Shown here one piece after another: positions 8,145 to 13,399 of a DNA stretch of 13,399 nucleotides. The DNA lies in contig JBDRIM010000051.1 of NCBI GenBank assembly GCA_043816005.1, positions 1-13,399 on the forward strand. Direction: 5' to 3'. The first letter of the stretch is position 1. Each line of letters opens with the position of its first letter. Below the pieces are notes generated by a model that ran no database searches, was not told the DNA's origin, and saw nothing but the letters and a program-made list of their open reading frames with translations. The stretch is from Candidatus Micrarchaeota archaeon (GTDB lineage Archaea > Micrarchaeota > Micrarchaeia > Anstonellales > Bilamarchaeaceae). A program made the translations under genes and the position numbers.

Positions 8145-8801
8145 ATGGAACGAAAAATGTCCATTTCGCTTTATGTAATGTCGTTTGTTATCGCCATTTT
8201 AATGTTTATCTTAGGTGTTTATATCGGTAATATGATAGATGATTCTAACTTAGATAGTTTATCTGGTGAACTTTCATCAATGTCTGGGAGGCTGGCATCC
8301 TTACAACTTCTACTTCTTACAGAAAGTAATTCATCATCATTTTGTCCTGTTTACTCATCAGAACTCAATCCTCTTGATGATGATATTGAAAAAATAGGGT
8401 ATAAACTAAGTTACTTAGAGGATGAAAGACAATTGTACGATCCAGAACTAAAAAAACAATATTTTATCCTCGAAGCAGAATCCTACTTATTGTCTAAAAA
8501 AGTAAATTCCCTCTGTAATGATAGCGATAATCTTCTCATCCATTTTTATTCAAATAAGAACTGCGGTCAAATTTGTAAAGATCAAGGAACCGCAGTTCTC
8601 CAGGCCAGGGATCAACTGGCAGGGGAAAGTGTTACTGTGAAATTATTTTCTTTTGATGGCGAACTTGACAGTCCAATTGCAGAAGCACTTGAAAATGAAT
8701 ATCATGTCACTACATATCCGACCTTAGTAATCAATGGAAAAACCTATTCTGGATTCCAATCTATTGATCAAATTAAAAATATATTAAGGGCGTCAGAATG
8801 A
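8145..8801 (+). CDS. Membrane-anchored hypothetical protein with a C-terminal thioredoxin-like domain
   Basis: N-terminal TM helix and helical middle region. C-terminal HFYSNKNCGQICKDQG...YHVTTYPTLVINGKTYSG resembles a Trx fold with a cis-Pro loop (YPT). Confidence 0.65.
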   Translation: MERKMSISLYVMSFVIAILMFILGVYIGNMIDDSNLDSLSGELSSMSGRLASLQLLLLTESNSSSFCPVYSSELNPLDDDIEKIGYKLSYLEDERQLYDPELKKQYFILEAESYLLSKKVNSLCNDSDNLLIHFYSNKNCGQICKDQGTAVLQARDQLAGESVTVKLFSFDGELDSPIAEALENEYHVTTYPTLVINGKTYSGFQSIDQIKNILRASE

Positions 8802-9046
8802 TAGTTGAAATTTCAGTTATTCCAAATTCAAGAAAATTTACTATCTCTGTCAAAAACGGCGTTGTAAAAGTTTATTTGAAAAAATCTCCTGAAAACAACA
8901 AAGCAAATATTGAACTAATAACCCAGTTCTCAAAATTATTCAATAAAGAAGTACATTTAATTTCAGGACACAAATCTAAACATAAAAAACTTGCAATAGC
9001 AATTAGTGAAGAAGAATGGAAAGAATTCGTCAAGGCGCAAACTTAA
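8798..9046 (+). CDS. DUF167 / UPF0235 (YggU-like) protein
   Basis: VIPNSRK...VKVYLKKSPENNKANIELI..FSK...V.LISGHKSKHKKL matches the DUF167 pattern. ATGA overlap with the upstream gene. Confidence 0.88.
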   Translation: MIVEISVIPNSRKFTISVKNGVVKVYLKKSPENNKANIELITQFSKLFNKEVHLISGHKSKHKKLAIAISEEEWKEFVKAQT

Positions 9047-9080
9047 AAATTTGATTATGACAGTTATTATGGGTGAATAG

Positions 9081-9641
9081 ATGATCGAACTTATCATAGC
9101 TGCAGTTTGTTTGTTTGGTGTTGGTATAATAATAGTACTATACGGCGTTCTAACCTACAACAGACTTATTACATTGCGAAACCGAGTTGATAATGCATGG
9201 GCACAAATAGATGTTCAACTAAAGAGGAGATATGATCTTATCCCAAATCTTATTGAAACTGTAAAAGGTTACATGAAGCATGAAAAGGGAACTTTGGAGA
9301 ACATAACAAAATACCGTGCACAATTGGTTACAGGATCTGTCGAAGAGAAGGTAAAAGCAAATAATATGCTCAGCCAGGCATTAAAATCTATATTCGCAGT
9401 TGCTGAAAACTATCCAAAACTCGAAGCAAGCCAAAACTTCAGAATGCTACAAGAAGAACTTGCAGGTACTGAGAATAAAATTGCATATATCCGCACTGCT
9501 TACAATGATTCTGTCCTAGGATATACTAATGCCACACAAATGTTTCCAAGCAACTTAATTGCAGGTGTACTTGGTTTCAAAACAAAACCATACCTAGAAG
9601 TTCCAGAAGAAGAAAAGAAAAATGTCAAAGTACAGTTCTAG
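9081..9641 (+). CDS. lemA: LemA family protein
   Basis: N-terminal TM, YNRLITLRNRVDNAWAQIDVQLKRRYDLIPNLIETVKGY, AVAENYPKLEAS.NF..LQEEL..TENKI and FPSNLIA. SD GGGTGA at 9071-9076. Confidence 0.96.
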   Translation: MIELIIAAVCLFGVGIIIVLYGVLTYNRLITLRNRVDNAWAQIDVQLKRRYDLIPNLIETVKGYMKHEKGTLENITKYRAQLVTGSVEEKVKANNMLSQALKSIFAVAENYPKLEASQNFRMLQEELAGTENKIAYIRTAYNDSVLGYTNATQMFPSNLIAGVLGFKTKPYLEVPEEEKKNVKVQF

Positions 9642-9651
9642 TGTGTGCTAA

Positions 9652-10539
9652 ATGACAAAAATAAACTTCTTTGATGCAGCAGAGCAGAACAAGCGCAATT
9701 CGCTTATCTTAGTTGCTGCAATGTTTTTTGTTTTTCTTCTTGTTATCCTAATACTTACTGTAATTTTTAAGCTAGGAATCTGCGCACCTGTTCTTGGCGG
9801 ATTTGTACTTTTAATATATTCTGTTCTTGTTTACTATCGTGGCGATTCTATGATTCTTGCCATGTCAGGTGCTAAAGAAGCTAAAAGATCCGATTATCCA
9901 TTTTTGTATAATGTTGTCGAAGGATTGGCACTTGCATCTGGTATTCCAATGCCAAAATTATATATTATAACTGATAAAAGTCCAAATGCATTTGCAACAG
10001 GAAGAGATCCCCAGCACGCATCTGTTGCCGTTACAACTGGCCTATTATCAATCCTGAAACGAGAAGAATTAGAAGGAGTAATTGCACATGAAATTTCGCA
10101 CATTGCAAATTATGACATTCGATTTTCTATGTTTGCCATCATTTTTGTTGGTGCTATCGCCCTTATTGGTGAATTTGCATGGAGGTTTGTTTTTTTGGGA
10201 TTTGGTGGCCATGGTAAACGTGGTAGCGGACATGTTTTCTTGATATTAATTGGTTTGGTATTCATTATTCTTGCTCCTATTTTTGTACAAATATTACGGC
10301 TTGCGCTTTCCCGTGAGCGTGAATATTTGGCAGATGCAACAGGTGCCAGATTAACAAGATATCCCGAAGGATTGGCAAGTGCATTACAGAAGATTAAATC
10401 TGCTCATTTACCAACCAAAAATGCAAATGATACTACTGCATCACTTTTCTTTTCAAACCCATTTCCAGATAAAATTGGTTTTCTTGGTTCAACTCACCCA
10501 CCCATTGAGGGGAGGATCAAAAGGCTAAGGAGCATGTAA
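9652..10539 (+). CDS. htpX: Zinc metalloprotease HtpX (M48 family)
   Basis: PNAFATGRDP, AVTTGLL..L.REELEGVIAHEISH (HExxH), SREREYLAD, LASALQKI and STHPP...RI. Sits directly after lemA, a well-known gene pair. Confidence 0.95.
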   Translation: MTKINFFDAAEQNKRNSLILVAAMFFVFLLVILILTVIFKLGICAPVLGGFVLLIYSVLVYYRGDSMILAMSGAKEAKRSDYPFLYNVVEGLALASGIPMPKLYIITDKSPNAFATGRDPQHASVAVTTGLLSILKREELEGVIAHEISHIANYDIRFSMFAIIFVGAIALIGEFAWRFVFLGFGGHGKRGSGHVFLILIGLVFIILAPIFVQILRLALSREREYLADATGARLTRYPEGLASALQKIKSAHLPTKNANDTTASLFFSNPFPDKIGFLGSTHPPIEGRIKRLRSM

Positions 10540-10541
10540 TT

Positions 10542-10569
10542 TTTGTTGAATCACGAAGCGATCAACAAA
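10542..10569 (+). terminator. Hairpin immediately after the htpX stop codon (putative 3'-end/terminator structure)
   Basis: TTTGTTG-A-ATC-[ACGAAGC]-GAT-CAACAAA: a 10-bp stem with one bulged A. Confidence 0.5.
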
Positions 10570-10570
10570 C

Positions 10571-10586
10571 AGAAACAATTTAAATA
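10571..10586 (+). promoter_or_regulatory. Archaeal BRE/TATA promoter for psmA
   Basis: AGAAACAA followed by TTTAAATA (10579-10586). Standard spacing puts the TSS near 10608-10611, giving a leader of about 70 nt. Confidence 0.6.
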
Positions 10587-10595
10587 GCTCATGAG

Positions 10596-10686
10596 TAATT
10601 GGAATGAATTCTATTTAGAGGTGTAAAAATGCACATGCATTTTTACTTAATTGAAATCAGAATCTCAATGAGGTGTAAAAATGTAC
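10596..10686 (+). repeat. Degenerate 52-bp-period tandem duplication of the psmA RBS/start region with an internal inverted repeat
   Basis: GAGGTGTAAAAATG occurs at 10618-10631 and 10670-10683. TAATTG(G/A)AAT occurs at 10596 and 10648, the same 52-bp offset. Perfect IR GTAAAAATGCA-CA-TGCATTTTTAC at 10623-10646. Confidence 0.85.
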
Positions 10687-11394
10687 GGAGTTTCCCCCCA
10701 GGCATATGATCGAGCAATTACTGTATTCAGTCCAGATGGAAGACTATTTCAGGTAGAATATGCAAAAGAAGCAGTAAAAAGAGGTGCAACTGCAATCGGT
10801 ATAACCTCAAAGGAAGGAGTTGCACTTGTTGCATTCAAATCTATTCACTCAAAGTTAGTTGTTCCAGAATCACTTAAGAAAGTATTTGAGATCGACAGTC
10901 ACATTGTAGTTACAGCCTCAGGTCTTATCGCCGATGCAAGAAGACTTGTTGAAGTAGCTAGAGTTGATGCTCAAAAACACAGGATAACCTACAATGAGGC
11001 ACCTGGGGTCGATTCAATTGCAAGAAGTGCATGTGATCTTATGCAGGTTTATACTCAATATGGCGGCATCAGACCATTTGGTGTATCGCTGCTAATTGCT
11101 GGTGTAGATAATCAAGGTCCAAAACTTTTTGAAGCAGAACCAAGCGGGGCAATGACTGCATACAAAGCAGACTCAATTGGTGCAAACAAAAAAGAAGTCG
11201 ATGATTATCTTGAGGCCAAATATGATGAGAAAATGACTATTGATGAGTCAATCAAGCTTTGTGTTGATGCATTACGTAAGACGCAAGAGTCAAAACTTCT
11301 TCAAGAGAATGTTGAGATTTCATATGTCACAGTGAAGACTAAAAAATGCGTTTCATTAAGTGACAAAGATGTTGGAAAATACTTAAAAGGCTAA
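10681..11394 (+). CDS. psmA: 20S proteasome alpha subunit
   Basis: YDRAITVFSPDGRLFQVEYAKEAVKRG signature, SGLIADAR and YTQYGGIRPFGVSLLIAG. SD GAGGTG at 10670-10675. Confidence 0.98.
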   Translation: MYGVSPQAYDRAITVFSPDGRLFQVEYAKEAVKRGATAIGITSKEGVALVAFKSIHSKLVVPESLKKVFEIDSHIVVTASGLIADARRLVEVARVDAQKHRITYNEAPGVDSIARSACDLMQVYTQYGGIRPFGVSLLIAGVDNQGPKLFEAEPSGAMTAYKADSIGANKKEVDDYLEAKYDEKMTIDESIKLCVDALRKTQESKLLQENVEISYVTVKTKKCVSLSDKDVGKYLKG

Positions 11395-11451
11395 TTTTTA
11401 TTTTTTTGAATTCTTATTTTTTATCGTGTTTTGGCAATTTTTTTATAAGAA
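11395..11451 (+). terminator. Oligo-T archaeal terminator region downstream of psmA
   Basis: Several T5-T7 runs directly after the TAA stop, plus a 7-bp IR TTCTTAT (11411-11417)/ATAAGAA (11445-11451). Confidence 0.6.
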
Positions 11452-11579
11452 CCAGAACGCAAAGGACCAATAGTTCCTATTATTTCGGGAGATCGGTGCA
11501 TTACTTTTGAAACTGATGCTACAAGCCATACACTGACGAAAAAATAAGGGACGAACCACTATGAATGAATTATGACCCA

Positions 11580-12536
11580 CTATCCAGGCATATACTTTAT
11601 TTTTGTTATTTCTTCGAATATGAAGAATCTATGGTCCTTAATTGCATCATTAAATTCCATTCGTATTTCTCTGATTATATCAAAAAACCGCTGCTGATCC
11701 AATACATAAATTTCAAATTCCACATCTGCATAACCAAGCGTTTGGTCCAGGTAAAAAATATTGTCATGTTCCTTTGCGAATCCATACATTTTTTCTATTA
11801 CTGACGTGTTTTTTAGATTTATGTCAAGTTTGTACTGCGAGTATTTGAGTTTGCTAATATCAAAAATAGGTCTAAAACCCAGAATTATTCTGTTTTTTAT
11901 CAGTTGTTTTATTCTATATCGTACTGCAGCAGGTGTCAATTTAAGTTTTTTTGATATCTCCACTAACGAGCCGCGTGCATTTGAACTTAAAATTCCAAGT
12001 AACTTTCTGTCAATGTTATCAATTTTGACAATTTCTCCAACAGTTGCATGTTCAAATTTAGCATTTGTTTTCAAGTATTTTTTAGCAAATGGAAGACGAT
12101 AATGCCCAATACCATAATAAACAACAAGAGTATGGTCTCCAACATAATCTCTATATTCTCTGAAAAATTCCCTTATTGTATCTACCATCTCTTTTTGAGT
12201 ATTTACCCAAAAAAGTATTGCCATATCCCAGTTACCCTTAATGCGTGCCATCCACCAGGTGTTTTTCTTTTTTATAAAATAATCCATTATTTCTTTTTCC
12301 TTTAGTGGATCTGTATACTGTAATTTCAGATATAATCGATAACCTTGATATCCGAGTTTATAAGCATTGATTATTGTATAGTAACCTCGTATTATTCCTT
12401 TATTCTCTAATTGTTTTATTCGATAATTCACTACATTTTTATTTATCTTAAGTCTGCCGGCTATCTTTGTATTTGGTATTCTGGCATCATTATCTAATTC
12501 TGCAAGAATTTTTTCATCAATTGTATCAACCATCAT
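11580..12536 (-). CDS. Lrp/AsnC family transcriptional regulator with two tandem wHTH + effector-like modules
   Basis: Two AsnC-type HTHs: IDEKILAELDNDARIPNTKIA..L......VNYRIKQLENKGII and IDRKLLGILSSNARGSLVEISKKL......VRYRIKQLIKNRII. Each is followed by an ACT/RAM-like segment (GNWDM, GYADVE). Confidence 0.9.
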   Translation of the reverse strand: MMVDTIDEKILAELDNDARIPNTKIAGRLKINKNVVNYRIKQLENKGIIRGYYTIINAYKLGYQGYRLYLKLQYTDPLKEKEIMDYFIKKKNTWWMARIKGNWDMAILFWVNTQKEMVDTIREFFREYRDYVGDHTLVVYYGIGHYRLPFAKKYLKTNAKFEHATVGEIVKIDNIDRKLLGILSSNARGSLVEISKKLKLTPAAVRYRIKQLIKNRIILGFRPIFDISKLKYSQYKLDINLKNTSVIEKMYGFAKEHDNIFYLDQTLGYADVEFEIYVLDQQRFFDIIREIRMEFNDAIKDHRFFIFEEITKIKYMPG

Positions 12537-12631
12537 ATTTATTCTTTTTATAATAAATAGTATAATAATTTATCGTTTAACTGAATTTTTGGTATAAATA
12601 TTAAAATATCAGAAAAAACACTAATTGCCAT
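12537..12631. promoter_or_regulatory. Divergent promoter region between the Lrp regulator and the methyltransferase
   Basis: 95-bp very AT-rich spacer between two divergent ATGs. TATA-like TATAAATA (12593-12600) on + and TTATACTA-like on - near 12559-12566. Confidence 0.55.
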
Positions 12632-13399
12632 ATGAAACAACCAACTACAGGACATTCCGTGCAACGTAAACTAAATTTAGATGATTCACGTAAAGTTGCC
12701 AGACTTTGGAAGATTGCAAGATTGGCCATGGATAGTTTTCAACACTCTGATGAACAAACAAAGGTACAGAAAACAGTGGGTGTTCTTGATTTTACTAGTT
12801 GTCCGTCTGATGGTATCGTTTTAGATGCATCATGTGGTGTCGGTCATCTTCTTAATGTCAGAAATATTGATACCAGAAAATGGTATTATTCAGATGGTGA
12901 TCAAGCAATGGTTGATTGTATTCTTGAGTCATTGTCGCCTGGTTATCCTGCTTTGGATATAAGAAGATCTTTTTGGCATGAAATCCCAGAACATTTTCAC
13001 AAAATCTTATTTGATAGAATAATAATACTTGGAAATTCTCTACCGTATGTTTGCAACTGGACTGATGATAAACCAGAAGCACAAATTCTCACTGAAAGTA
13101 TTATAGCATTAAGAAACTCGCTTACAGCAATTTTCACTGCACTCAAACCACATGGAAAATTCCTATTTGATCTTACAGAGGATCTAAAATACCGCTTTGG
13201 TCTTAGTCCTGTTATATTCGAAGGTAGAATCCTCCATCCGTTTATTCATGCTGAACATACCAATGGAATTCGCTATTGGCATTTTGGTACAGAGCAAGAT
13301 GAACATCTTATCAAAGGTTTAGCACTTGATATAGAAATGTTGCGTTCTCTTCTCTTAGAAGTTGGATTTCAGAAAATCGAATTAGTACCAGAGAAATTT
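12632..13399 (+). CDS. Class I SAM-dependent methyltransferase (glycine/sarcosine N-methyltransferase-like), 3'-truncated and absent from the ORF track
   Basis: Manual translation from ATG 12632 is open for 256 codons to the window end: MKQPTTGHSVQ...GIVLDASCGVGHLL (motif I)...YSDGDQAMV (motif II)...FDRIIILGNSLPYV...IFTALKPHGKFLFD...LRSLLLEVGFQKIE. Confidence 0.88.
   Translation, partial: MKQPTTGHSVQRKLNLDDSRKVARLWKIARLAMDSFQHSDEQTKVQKTVGVLDFTSCPSDGIVLDASCGVGHLLNVRNIDTRKWYYSDGDQAMVDCILESLSPGYPALDIRRSFWHEIPEHFHKILFDRIIILGNSLPYVCNWTDDKPEAQILTESIIALRNSLTAIFTALKPHGKFLFDLTEDLKYRFGLSPVIFEGRILHPFIHAEHTNGIRYWHFGTEQDEHLIKGLALDIEMLRSLLLEVGFQKIELVPEKF

Noticed and set aside
10596..10686. Mini-CRISPR interpretation of the two GAGGTGTAAAAATG copies
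   Set aside because: There are only two short 14-bp copies, one of which is the psmA RBS/start, and no cas genes or further repeats.
11533..11556. Hammerhead-ribozyme-like CTGACGA...GGGACGAAC
   Set aside because: Stem II cannot form (AAAAATAAGGGAC has no complementary arms), and the required GAAA reads GAAC.
11580..12536. Siroheme decarboxylase (AhbA/B, NirDLGH) assignment for the tandem AsnC protein
   Set aside because: It shares the fold but has no HxYxR-type motif or heme biosynthesis neighbours. The divergent arrangement fits a transcription regulator.
1385..13082. Short ORF-track entries (1385-1594, 3577-3777, 3805-4029, 4729-4965, 5233-5460, 5659-5898, 6558-6803, 7334-7558, 9894-10103, 11565-11804, 11761-12102, 12048-12305, 12858-13082)
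   Set aside because: All overlap well-supported longer genes, antisense or out of frame, and show no recognisable motifs. They are shadow ORFs.

Overview
AT-rich, gene-dense archaeal chromosome segment. Archaeal origin is supported by a proteasome alpha subunit, GAGGTG/GGGTGA Shine-Dalgarno motifs and TTTAAA-type TATA boxes. The tandem-domain Lrp/AsnC regulator and overall compaction suggest a DPANN lineage such as Micrarchaeota, which is an inference. The + strand carries a 5'-truncated AAA_14/DUF4143 ATPase and a surface-glycan block (GT4 glycosyltransferase, PseG/SpsG-like protein lacking its catalytic His, extended-SDR epimerase with YxxxR, Wzx-type flippase). A 224-bp hairpin-rich spacer follows, then an A24 prepilin/preflagellin peptidase, a QxxRW GT2 synthase, a membrane-anchored thioredoxin-like protein, DUF167, lemA-htpX and psmA. 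A double-domain Lrp/AsnC regulator (- strand) is divergent from a 3'-truncated class I SAM methyltransferase that is missing from the supplied ORF track. The most unusual signal is the psmA leader: a duplicated RBS+ATG at 52-bp spacing with an intervening anti-start segment that can pair with either copy, plus an out-of-frame overlapping uORF. No rRNA, tRNA, CRISPR array or transposase was seen.
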